Positions 1-8,023 of a stretch of 64,000 nucleotides of DNA are shown here, piece after piece. This DNA is from Alphaproteobacteria bacterium (lineage in GTDB: Bacteria; Pseudomonadota; Alphaproteobacteria; UBA828). Position 1 is the stretch's first letter. Each line of letters starts with the position of its first letter. The stretch lies in contig JAJEEP010000040.1 of assembly GCA_022820945.1 (NCBI GenBank), forward strand, positions 47,536-111,535. The letters are read 5' to 3'. The position numbers and the translations under genes were made by a program. The notes beneath the pieces are model-generated. The model saw only the letters and a list, made by a program, of their open reading frames with translations. It did no database searches and had not been told where the DNA came from.

Positions 1-2
1 AT

Positions 3-713
3 GTCTCCTTCGACGTCCATGCCAATCAGGTCACGGCGATGATCGGCCCGTCTGGCTGCGGCAAGACAACGATGCTCAGGCTGATGGCGGGGCTCGAATA
101 CCCCTCGCGCGGCGACGTGACCATGTTCGGCCAGCGGATCATGGGGCCGGGGCCCGAGCGCGGCATGGTATTCCAGGCTTACACCTCGTTCCCCTGGCTC
201 ACCACGCGGTCCAACATCGAGTACGGGCTGAAGCTCCAGGGCCTCTCGAAGGCGGAGCGGCGCGAGCGCGCCGAGCACTTCCTCGAGCTGGTGCATCTGG
301 AGGGGTTCGCCAACGCCTATCCGGCCGAGCTTTCCGGCGGCATGAAGCAGCGCGTCTCCATCGCGCGCACGCTGGCGCAGAATCCGGCGCTGCTGCTGCT
401 GGACGAGCCCTTCGGCGCGCTCGACGCCCAGGTCACCTGGGAAATGGAGGAGATGATCATCGAGATCATCGAGCGCGAGAACAAGACGGTGGTCGTGGTG
501 ACCCACGACATCCAGGAGGCGATCTACCTCGCCGACAGGATCATCTTCTACACACGGCAGCCGGGGCGGATCAAAGCCGACCTGCCGATGGCGTTCAAGG
601 AAGGCCGCCGCTTTCAGAAGAAGGAGGAGATGCTCGTGCATCCGGGCTACGTGGACATGGAGCGGCGGCTCTACGCGATGATGCGCGAGGAAATCCGGGG
701 GCGGGTCAGCTAG
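3..713 (+). CDS. NitT/TauT-family ABC transporter ATP-binding subunit (5' truncated by window edge)
   Basis: Frame is open from position 3 (VSFDVHANQVTAMIG...). Walker A GPSGCGKT, MVFQ..FPW, signature LSGGMKQR, Walker B LLLLDEPFGALD, H-loop VTHD. Confidence 0.93.
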   Translation, partial: VSFDVHANQVTAMIGPSGCGKTTMLRLMAGLEYPSRGDVTMFGQRIMGPGPERGMVFQAYTSFPWLTTRSNIEYGLKLQGLSKAERRERAEHFLELVHLEGFANAYPAELSGGMKQRVSIARTLAQNPALLLLDEPFGALDAQVTWEMEEMIIEIIERENKTVVVVTHDIQEAIYLADRIIFYTRQPGRIKADLPMAFKEGRRFQKKEEMLVHPGYVDMERRLYAMMREEIRGRVS

Positions 714-755
714 GGACCGCCTCCACGGTCAACCGGAGAAAAGGGAGAAACGAAC

Positions 756-1796
756 ATGCTGTGGCGAACATCCATCATGACACTGGCGGCCTGCGCGCTC
801 GCGCTCGGCGTCGTCGGCGCCGCGAGCGCGAAGGACACCGTAAGGGTCGCGCACTTCAGCTGGCCGGGCTACGGCTTCCTCCACATCGCCAAGGCGAAGG
901 GCATGCTGCCCGAGAACATGGACCTCGAAATCTCGATCATCGAGGACCCGGTGCAGAGCATGGGCCTGCTCGCCAGCGGCCAGCTCGACGTCGTGACCAG
1001 CACCATCGAGTTCGGCCCGATTGCGCTGGCCGAGGACATGCCGGTGAAGCTGCTCGGCCTCACCAATCTCGGCAACGGCTCGGATCGCATCATCGTGGGC
1101 CCAGACATCAAGGAGCCGGGGGACCTGAGGGGCAAGAAGGTCGGCGTCATCGAAGGCGGGCTTTCGCAGATCTACATGGCGATCTGGCTGGAGCAGCAGG
1201 GCATCAAGTGGGACGAGGTGGAGATGGTGAACCTCTTCCCGGATGCCGCCGCAGCCGCGATGATCGCGGGTCAGCTCGACGCCGCCGAGCTCTGGGACCC
1301 CTACGGCCCGCAGGTGCTGGAGGAGCTCGCAGGCTCGCGCGAGATGAGCCATTCCGGCGAGGAATACTGGCTCAAGGAAGGCCTGATCGCCGACGCGATC
1401 TTCGTCTCCGACGCGTTCATCGCGGAGAGCCGCGACCTGCTGGTGGCGCTGATCAAGTCCCGCTACGAGGCGGTCGAGTGGTGGCGCGAGAACCCCACCG
1501 AGGGCAATGAAATGATCGCCGGGATCCTGCAGTGGGGCGTGCCGGACGTGGAGCCGATCCTCGGCGGTGTGAACAACCCCGACGACGGCACCCTCTACAT
1601 GTATAGTCTGGAGGAATCGGCGCAATTCTGCGGCGTTGCCGAGGGCGAGCCGCCCTTCGGCCAGCGCAACGGCCAGCTGACCGATCACTGGGAGCTCACC
1701 AACAAGTGGTGGTTGACCTTCGGCCTGATGACCGAGACGGTCGCTCCGGCGGAGGGGATCGATTGCTCGATCCTCAAGGACGCGCTCGGCGGGTAA
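756..1796 (+). CDS. ABC transporter substrate-binding protein, NMT1/THI5/SsuA-like
   Basis: N-terminal signal peptide ending ASA, WPGY motif, DLRGKKVG, LDAAELWDPY. GGAG RBS upstream; follows the TauT-type ATPase. Confidence 0.88.
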   Translation: MLWRTSIMTLAACALALGVVGAASAKDTVRVAHFSWPGYGFLHIAKAKGMLPENMDLEISIIEDPVQSMGLLASGQLDVVTSTIEFGPIALAEDMPVKLLGLTNLGNGSDRIIVGPDIKEPGDLRGKKVGVIEGGLSQIYMAIWLEQQGIKWDEVEMVNLFPDAAAAAMIAGQLDAAELWDPYGPQVLEELAGSREMSHSGEEYWLKEGLIADAIFVSDAFIAESRDLLVALIKSRYEAVEWWRENPTEGNEMIAGILQWGVPDVEPILGGVNNPDDGTLYMYSLEESAQFCGVAEGEPPFGQRNGQLTDHWELTNKWWLTFGLMTETVAPAEGIDCSILKDALGG

Positions 1797-1802
1797 GGTT
1801 GG

Positions 1803-1836
1803 GATGCGGGCGGCGCCACCGGGGCGCTGCCCGTAT
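1803..1836 (+). promoter_or_regulatory. intercistronic stem-loop between the SBP gene and tmoA
   Basis: GATGCGGGCGGCGCC...GGCGCTGCCCGTATC pair with G-U wobbles. No U tract, so more likely an mRNA-stabilising or processing hairpin than a terminator. Confidence 0.45.
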
Positions 1837-1865
1837 CGCCCGGTACGGACCAGGGAGACGATCGA

Positions 1866-3386
1866 ATGGCGCTGCTTGAGATGCACGAATGGTACGACCT
1901 CGCGCGGGATACCAACTGGACTCCCGGCTACGTCGCCGAAGAGGAGATCTTCCCGCCGGAACTGAGCGATCCCTACGGGATTTCGGTCGAGCAATGGGAG
2001 ACCTTCGACGAGCCCTACAAGGTCTGCTACCGGGACTATGTCGAGACCCAGCGCGACAAGGACATCGGCGCCTATTCCGTGAAGTCGGCGCTGGCGCGCG
2101 CGGACTTCTTCAAAAAGGCCTCACCGCACTGGAAGGCGCTGCTCGCGCTGCACTTCAGCCCGATCGGCTTCGCCGAGTTTCACTCGGCGTCCGCCTTTGC
2201 GCGGATGACCCGGTTCAGCCGTGCGCCGGGGATGCGCAACATGGCGACCTTCGGCACGCTGGACGAAATGCGTCACGGCCAGATCCAGATGTATTTCGCC
2301 TACGAGTTCATCAAGCAGGACCGCGTCTTCGACTGGGCGCACAAGTCGTCGAAGACCGAGAACTGGATCATCATCAGCCTGCGCCATGCGCTGGATGACA
2401 TCGAGCACACGCGCGACGCCATCAGCGCCGCGATCATGACCAACTTCGCCTTCGAGCAGGGCTTCACCAATTTGCAATTCATCGGGCTCTCGGCGGACGC
2501 CGCGAAGGCCGGCGATCACACCTTCGCCACCATGCTGCAGAGCATCCAGACCGACGAGGCGCGGCACGCGCAGATCGGCACGCCGCTCATCAGCATCATG
2601 ATCGAGAACGGGCGCAAGGCGGAGGCACAGCGGCTGGTCGATATCGGCTTCTGGCGCATCTGGAAGCAGTTCTCCGCGCTCAGCGGCATCTCCATGGACT
2701 ACTACACGCCGCTGGAGTTCCGCGAGCACTCGCTCAAGGAGTTCATGCACGAGTGGGTGGTCGATCAATTCGCCCGTAATATGAAGGCGATCGGCCTCGA
2801 TCTGCCTTGGTACTGGGACTACTTCCTCCACGATATCGAGACCTTCCACCACTCGCAGCAGATTGGTGTCTATGTGTACCGCGCGACGGAGTGGTGGCGG
2901 CCCATCGCCTGCGTCTCGCCGGCCGAGCGCGACTGGCTGGAAGAGAAATATCCGGGCTGGAACGACACCTACGGCAAGTGCTGGGACGTGGTGATCGACA
3001 ATATCCGGGGCGGCCGCTTCGAGAAGACGGTGCCGGAAGTGCCGCCGCTGATCTGCAACATGTGCGGGCTGGAGGTCACCGGGATGGGCGGCGCAGGCCG
3101 GCAAGTGAACGGGCGGCGGTGGAACGCCACGGACTTCCACCTCGATCACGAAGGCCGGCGCTATCACTTCTGCTCCGAGCCCTGCAAATGGGTCTTCGAG
3201 CTGGAGCCCACGCGCTACCAGGGGCACCGCAGCATCATCGACCGCGTGCTGGACGGCACCGTGCCGCCGGGCCCCGACGCCTTCTACGAGTACATGGGCC
3301 AGAGCTTCGAGGAGCGCGGCGTTTGCGGCTACGACTACCAGTGGATCGACGGCTACGACCTGCCGCGCGCCGCGGCGGCGGAGTAG
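1866..3386 (+). CDS. tmoA: soluble di-iron monooxygenase hydroxylase alpha subunit (toluene/aromatic-alkene monooxygenase group) with C-terminal YHS domain
   Basis: Di-iron ligands E104, E134, H137 (DEMRH), E197, E231, H234 (DEARH) and T201-N202 fall at T4MO numbering. Start WYDLARDTNWTP, WLEEKYPGW, YHFCSEPCKWVFE. Confidence 0.95.
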   Translation: MALLEMHEWYDLARDTNWTPGYVAEEEIFPPELSDPYGISVEQWETFDEPYKVCYRDYVETQRDKDIGAYSVKSALARADFFKKASPHWKALLALHFSPIGFAEFHSASAFARMTRFSRAPGMRNMATFGTLDEMRHGQIQMYFAYEFIKQDRVFDWAHKSSKTENWIIISLRHALDDIEHTRDAISAAIMTNFAFEQGFTNLQFIGLSADAAKAGDHTFATMLQSIQTDEARHAQIGTPLISIMIENGRKAEAQRLVDIGFWRIWKQFSALSGISMDYYTPLEFREHSLKEFMHEWVVDQFARNMKAIGLDLPWYWDYFLHDIETFHHSQQIGVYVYRATEWWRPIACVSPAERDWLEEKYPGWNDTYGKCWDVVIDNIRGGRFEKTVPEVPPLICNMCGLEVTGMGGAGRQVNGRRWNATDFHLDHEGRRYHFCSEPCKWVFELEPTRYQGHRSIIDRVLDGTVPPGPDAFYEYMGQSFEERGVCGYDYQWIDGYDLPRAAAAE

Positions 3387-3395
3387 GCGGTTCCC

Positions 3396-3656
3396 GTGTC
3401 CGATATCCCGCTCGCCGTGCTGCTCGAGGGCGACTACGGCTACAAGGTGCAGGTCTTCGATACCGGCGACACCATGGCGGTGCTGGCGGAGAAGGTGGCC
3501 GATCAGGTCGCGGGCGTCCTGGTGGCGCCGTTCCCGCCCGAGGCCGTTCTCAGGGTCCGCGTGCAGGGCAGCGCAGACCCGCTGCCTGACGAGCTGACCA
3601 TCGCCGACGCCGGCTTCGTCGAGATGGAGTCCGTGGAAATATACCGCGCCGGCTGA
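3396..3656 (+). CDS. tmoB: monooxygenase hydroxylase gamma subunit (TmoB-like, ubiquitin-like fold)
   Basis: 86 aa directly after tmoA. PL...EGDY...V.DT.DTM..LAEKVA...AG..V and LTIADAG..EME.VEI patterns. Confidence 0.88.
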   Translation: MSDIPLAVLLEGDYGYKVQVFDTGDTMAVLAEKVADQVAGVLVAPFPPEAVLRVRVQGSADPLPDELTIADAGFVEMESVEIYRAG

Positions 3657-3687
3657 GCAAGCCGCGGCCGGTGAGGAGGAGACGAGC

Positions 3688-3981
3688 ATGACGACGGCAG
3701 ACGACGCCGGCAATCTCGTGGGCCCGGTGATGCGCGCGGGCGACATCGCGGACGCGGTGCTCGAGGCGATTCAGGAGGACAACGAGGGGCGCGAGGTCAT
3801 CACCGAGGCCCACGCGTCCTACATCCGGATCAAGGTCGCGGACGAGTGCTTCGTGCGCTTCGAGACGGTGGGCGACGCGCTTGGCCGCGCCGTCACACTC
3901 GGCGACATCGAGGCGAACATGCCGAGCTTCGCAGGGTTCATCCGCACCGAGCCGGACGGCATCCGGTTCGTTGCGCGCTAA
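3688..3981 (+). CDS. tmoD: monooxygenase effector/coupling protein (MmoB/DmpM/TmoD family)
   Basis: VGPVMRAGDIADAVLEAIQEDN, YIRI, ALGR, MPSFAG.I. Strong GAGGAG RBS. Confidence 0.92.
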   Translation: MTTADDAGNLVGPVMRAGDIADAVLEAIQEDNEGREVITEAHASYIRIKVADECFVRFETVGDALGRAVTLGDIEANMPSFAGFIRTEPDGIRFVAR

Positions 3982-4248
3982 GCCCGGATTTCTCACCAAT
4001 GTCACGGCCTGCGTCGCGCCCAGACGTTCGATCCGCTAGGAGAGGGCCGAAAAGCGTAGCGGGGACTACGGTTGAGGCCCGCCACGCCGCGGGCGGGCGT
4101 CTGGGCGCGACCCGAAGGGCGCCGCTCTCCGGCCGACAGCGTGCGTCACGGAGCTTGCCCGATGTCCCCGCATCGCGCTGCGCGCCGCTCCTACTCTGTC
4201 GGCCGGACAGCGACGCGCAGACCATGACATTGGTGAGAATTCCGGGCT
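3981..4248. mobile_element. MITE-like non-coding element with 33-bp terminal inverted repeats and two internal hairpin arms
   Basis: 3981-4013 AGCCCGGATTTCTCACCAATGTCACGGCCTGCG matches the reverse complement of 4216-4248 at 30/33. Internal arms: 4013-4026/4098-4111 (14/14) and 4123-4139/4196-4212 (16/17). Confidence 0.72.
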
Positions 4249-4262
4249 AGGGAGGCAGGGAC

Positions 4263-5252
4263 GTGGCGGTCGAAGTCAAAGGCATGAAGACGTGGAGCGG
4301 GCTCGCCAAGAAGCGGCGGCGGCCCAGCGAGTACGAAGTCGTCACCACCAACCTGCAGACCCGCACGCGGCACCCGAACCAGGCCTACGAGCTCTCGCCG
4401 GCGCCCGACCTGGAGATGAACGAGTTCTACAAGCGCAACGTCTCCGAGAGCCCGCTGCAGCATCCGGACTGGGAGGGTTTTCGCGACCCGGACGAGATGA
4501 TCTACCGCGTCTACACGCGGCTTCAGGACCAGCAGGAGCAGTACGTCGACGGCCTGCTCGACGAGCACAACGAGATCGGCCACGACGCGACGCTCAGCGA
4601 CGCCTGGCTCGACGTGCTGGAGCGGCTCTACACGCCGCGGCGCTTCCTGCAGATGGCGCTGCAGATGGGCGCGGCCTACCTCGTGCAAATTGCGCCGGCG
4701 AGCACCATCACCGCCTGCGCCGGGTTCCAGGACGGCGACGAGTTCCGCTGGCTCTCCCGCTGCGCCTACCGGGCGCGCGAGCTCCAGCGGGCGCACCCTT
4801 CGCGCGGCTTCGGCCAGACCGAGCGCCGCACCTGGGAGGAGGAGCCCGCCTGGCAGGGCTTCCGCGCGCTGCTGGAGAAGACGCTGGCCACCTACGACTG
4901 GGGTGAGCACTTCGTGGCGCTCAACCTGGTGGCCAAACCGGCGGCGGACGAGGCGCACCGCCAGCTCGGCCGCGTCGGGCGGCGCTTCGACGACGGGCTG
5001 CTCGGGTTGATGGCCGACAACCAGATGCGGGACAGCGAGCGCTCGCGGCGCTGGAGCGCGGCGCTCGTCGCCTTCTCGCTGGAGAACGAGGCGAACGCCG
5101 CCGTCCTCAACGGCTGGATCGACAAGTGGATGCCGCTCGCGCGTCAGGCGGTCGATACCTATTGCGGCGCGCTGCCGGAGCAGGACGACGCGGCGGACGC
5201 GGCGCTTGGCGCGGTCGAGGCCTTCCACCGGAGCCTCGGTCTCGACGCTTAG
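4263..5252 (+). CDS. tmoE: soluble di-iron monooxygenase hydroxylase beta subunit (copy 1)
   Basis: KTWS.L...RRRPSEYEVVT, SPLQHPDWEGFRDPD, QIAPASTIT.CA.FQ, WEEEPAWQGFR.LLEK.L..YDWGE.FVALNLVAKPA. Confidence 0.93.
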   Translation: MAVEVKGMKTWSGLAKKRRRPSEYEVVTTNLQTRTRHPNQAYELSPAPDLEMNEFYKRNVSESPLQHPDWEGFRDPDEMIYRVYTRLQDQQEQYVDGLLDEHNEIGHDATLSDAWLDVLERLYTPRRFLQMALQMGAAYLVQIAPASTITACAGFQDGDEFRWLSRCAYRARELQRAHPSRGFGQTERRTWEEEPAWQGFRALLEKTLATYDWGEHFVALNLVAKPAADEAHRQLGRVGRRFDDGLLGLMADNQMRDSERSRRWSAALVAFSLENEANAAVLNGWIDKWMPLARQAVDTYCGALPEQDDAADAALGAVEAFHRSLGLDA

Positions 5253-5265
5253 GGCGTTTCCGCCG

Positions 5266-5955
5266 TCACCACGGGATGATGGTGCGCTCGGGCGCGTGCC
5301 AGAAGGCGGGTTGTGCGCCGGGCTCGGCGGGCTCCACCCGGTCGATGCGCTCGATCAGCGCAGCAGCGGCTTCCTCCGGCGGGCGCGCCTCGTGGCGCTC
5401 GTCGTCGAAGGTCATGGCGGTCGCCACCATGCCGGGGTGCAGGACCATCGCAGCGATGCCGCGCCGCGCCAGATCGTGGGCGAGGTTGACCGCCACCATG
5501 TTGGCCGCGCACTTGGAGATGCGATAGCCGTAGAGCCCGCCCGAGCGGTTGTCGCCGAGCGAGTCGATGCGGCTGGTGATGAAGGCAACCGTCGACCCGG
5601 GCTTGAGGCGATCCAGCAGCGCCTCGGTCACGCGGAGGGGCCCAAGGGCGTTGACCTCGAACTGCCGGCGGATGGCGTCGTAGTCGAGCGCGCCCAATGC
5701 GTCGCGCTCGGCAATCCCGGCGTTGTTGATGAGCAGGTCGAGGGTTGTGCCCGAGCCCGCGAGCCGTCCGGCGAGGCCCTGCGCAGCCTGGTCCGAGGTC
5801 ACGTCCACGCCGGGCTCGACCCTGATCCCAAGCGCCCGCAGCTCATCGGACTCGCCCAGGCAGGCTGCGATGACGGCGTCACCGCGCGCGCGGTAAGCGC
5901 GGCAGAGCGCGTTGCCGATGCCGCGATCGGCGCCCGTGACCAGGACGGTGCTCAC
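5266..5955 (-). CDS. short-chain dehydrogenase/reductase (CsgA/C-factor-like)
   Basis: TGADRGIG, LINNAG, catalytic YRISK, LHPGMVATAM. Confidence 0.9.
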   Translation of the reverse strand: MSTVLVTGADRGIGNALCRAYRARGDAVIAACLGESDELRALGIRVEPGVDVTSDQAAQGLAGRLAGSGTTLDLLINNAGIAERDALGALDYDAIRRQFEVNALGPLRVTEALLDRLKPGSTVAFITSRIDSLGDNRSGGLYGYRISKCAANMVAVNLAHDLARRGIAAMVLHPGMVATAMTFDDERHEARPPEEAAAALIERIDRVEPAEPGAQPAFWHAPERTIIPW

Positions 5956-5985
5956 GGCGCGGCCCGCCGCCCCGGCCCGCGTCGT

Positions 5986-8001
5986 TCAGGCGACGCGGAG
6001 CGTCGGCTGCTCGTTGCGCGCCTGCCCCGGCACCTCCCAGTGGGCCGCGGTCCGGCGCCGCAGCATGTCGCGGAATTGGCGGGTGGTGTTGGGCAGAAGC
6101 TCACCGGTGCCCCAGTCCACGATCACGCCGTACTGGCGGATCAGGTCGAGCGCGTCGAGCTCCTTGCTGCGGTACCTGGCGGCGATGTCTTCCGCATCCA
6201 CGTCGAGCCAGGCGTGGCGCTGGGTGCGGATGCGCTCGCGCTCGGCCGCGGTCGCCGCCTCGTCCACCTCGTACTCGGCGAGGTCGGCATCGATCTCGCG
6301 GACCACGACGCCGTAGTCCTTCTTCGCCCGCTCGATGGAGACGTAGCCGTCGGCCACGTCCTCGCACACCGTCGCAGGATCGCGGGTGAGGGGGTCGCCG
6401 AGACCTCCGCCACCGGCCGACGGCCGCGTCACGGTGTCGCCCGCTTCCACCGGCACGCCGGAGAAGATCGAGCCCAGGTAACGCTCGCCCTGCGTGCCGG
6501 GATTGACCCAGACGCCGTGCGGGATCGACGGCAGGCCGCCCCAGAGGCCCCAGGTCACTGAGCGCTCGCGGTCGCAACAGTAGGAGACCACCGAGCGCTC
6601 CGCCTTGGTTAGGATCGCGCCCTTCTCGACGCCGAGGCCGCCGCGCGAGTTGCCCGGCCCGCCGGAATCGACGATGAGCTCGTGGCCGGTGGTCAGCACC
6701 GGGGCCAGCCGCTCCTGCCCCTCGAAGGGCTGTGTGCCGAGCTGGACCCCGAAGACCGGCCCGGTGGCGCCCCAGCCGTCGCGGCCGTTGCGCGCGCCCC
6801 AGCCGCCCACCATCCAGTCGTACCACATGAAGTAGGGGCGGTCCTCCTTGCGGCCGTCGCGCCCGCCGATGAGCAGGTATTCCAGGTTGAAGGTGCAGGC
6901 CATAGCGCGCTCGGGCAGAATTTCGGCCCAAAGCTCGAACACCGAGTTCATGATCTTCTCGAAGGGGCCCGAGCAGAAGCCGGCGACCGGCGTCGGCCAG
7001 TCCGCGTTGACCACAGTGCCCTTGGGTCCGAGGTCCACGGTGACCACCCGGTAGAAGCCGGAATTTAGCGGGATGTCGGGCGATTGCATCTTGGTGCCGG
7101 CGACGATGGCCGCGAACGCGCCGCCGTAGCAGCAGTTGAGGAAGGTCGAGATCGTCTTCGGGTGCGAGCCGGAGAGGTCATAGTGCACGCTGTCGCCGTC
7201 GATGGTCATCTTGATGCGGATCGGGATCAGCCCCTCGCCGGCGACCGGGTCCACGTCGATGTAGTCCTCGGTCTCCCACACGCCGTCGGGCAGCCTGGCG
7301 ATGCGCTGGCGGGTCAGCGTCTCGACGTAGTCCTGCACCTCGGCGAAGGAGGTCTGGATCACGTCGACGCCGTACTTGTCGCAGAGCCGGCCGATCTCCC
7401 GCTCGGCGACGTTGCAGGCCTCGGCCTGGGCCTGGAGGTCGCCGATGATGTCGGCTGGCGCGCGGGTATTGTTGGCGATCAGCTCGGCCACGTCGGAGAG
7501 GTACTCGCCCTTGCTGTAGACCCGGACCGGCGTGATGCGCAGCCCCTCGGCCATGTGGTCGAGCGCGCTCACGTTGAACGAGCCCGGCACCGCGCCGCCG
7601 ACATCGGCCCAGTGGCCGTTGGCCTGGGAAAAGCCCAGGTGGATGCCCTTGTAGAAGATGGGGCGGACGATGCGTGTGTCGTTGAAGTGGGTGCCGCCCT
7701 GGTAGACATCGTTCACGACGAAGGTATCGCCGGGGTGGATGTCGTCGCCGAACTTGTTGATGACGGCCTGGGCGGTGTAGTGCAGCGTGCCCACGTGGGC
7801 GGCGATGTCGCCCGAGCCCTGCATGATGGTGTTGCCTTCGGTGTCGCAGATCGCCGAGGAAAAATCCCGGGACCAGATCACGAAGGAGTAGCAGGTGCGG
7901 AAGATCTGCTCCGCCATCTGGTCGACGATGTTGACGTAGGCGTTCTTGAGCACCTCGAAGGTCACGGGGTCGAGCGTGTAGCCTTCTCCGTTCTTGCTCA
8001 T
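5986..8001 (-). CDS. hydantoinase B/5-oxoprolinase-family subunit (ATP-dependent cyclic amidohydrolase, pair 1)
   Basis: LDPVTFEVL, RDFSSAI, NDVYQGGTHFND, HWADVGG..PGS, EGLRI.PV, DSGGPG..RGGLG, GGGG.GDP..RDP, A..DYGVV. Start placed at ATG 8001 behind GAGGAAG. Confidence 0.92.
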   Translation of the reverse strand: MSKNGEGYTLDPVTFEVLKNAYVNIVDQMAEQIFRTCYSFVIWSRDFSSAICDTEGNTIMQGSGDIAAHVGTLHYTAQAVINKFGDDIHPGDTFVVNDVYQGGTHFNDTRIVRPIFYKGIHLGFSQANGHWADVGGAVPGSFNVSALDHMAEGLRITPVRVYSKGEYLSDVAELIANNTRAPADIIGDLQAQAEACNVAEREIGRLCDKYGVDVIQTSFAEVQDYVETLTRQRIARLPDGVWETEDYIDVDPVAGEGLIPIRIKMTIDGDSVHYDLSGSHPKTISTFLNCCYGGAFAAIVAGTKMQSPDIPLNSGFYRVVTVDLGPKGTVVNADWPTPVAGFCSGPFEKIMNSVFELWAEILPERAMACTFNLEYLLIGGRDGRKEDRPYFMWYDWMVGGWGARNGRDGWGATGPVFGVQLGTQPFEGQERLAPVLTTGHELIVDSGGPGNSRGGLGVEKGAILTKAERSVVSYCCDRERSVTWGLWGGLPSIPHGVWVNPGTQGERYLGSIFSGVPVEAGDTVTRPSAGGGGLGDPLTRDPATVCEDVADGYVSIERAKKDYGVVVREIDADLAEYEVDEAATAAERERIRTQRHAWLDVDAEDIAARYRSKELDALDLIRQYGVIVDWGTGELLPNTTRQFRDMLRRRTAAHWEVPGQARNEQPTLRVA

Positions 8002-8023
8002 CTTTTCTTCCTCGCTCTCTGCG

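Noticed and set aside
1866-5252. Methane/propane monooxygenase or phenol hydroxylase call
   Set aside because: The TmoB-type gamma subunit, the YHS-bearing alpha subunit and the gene order fit the toluene/aromatic-alkene group.
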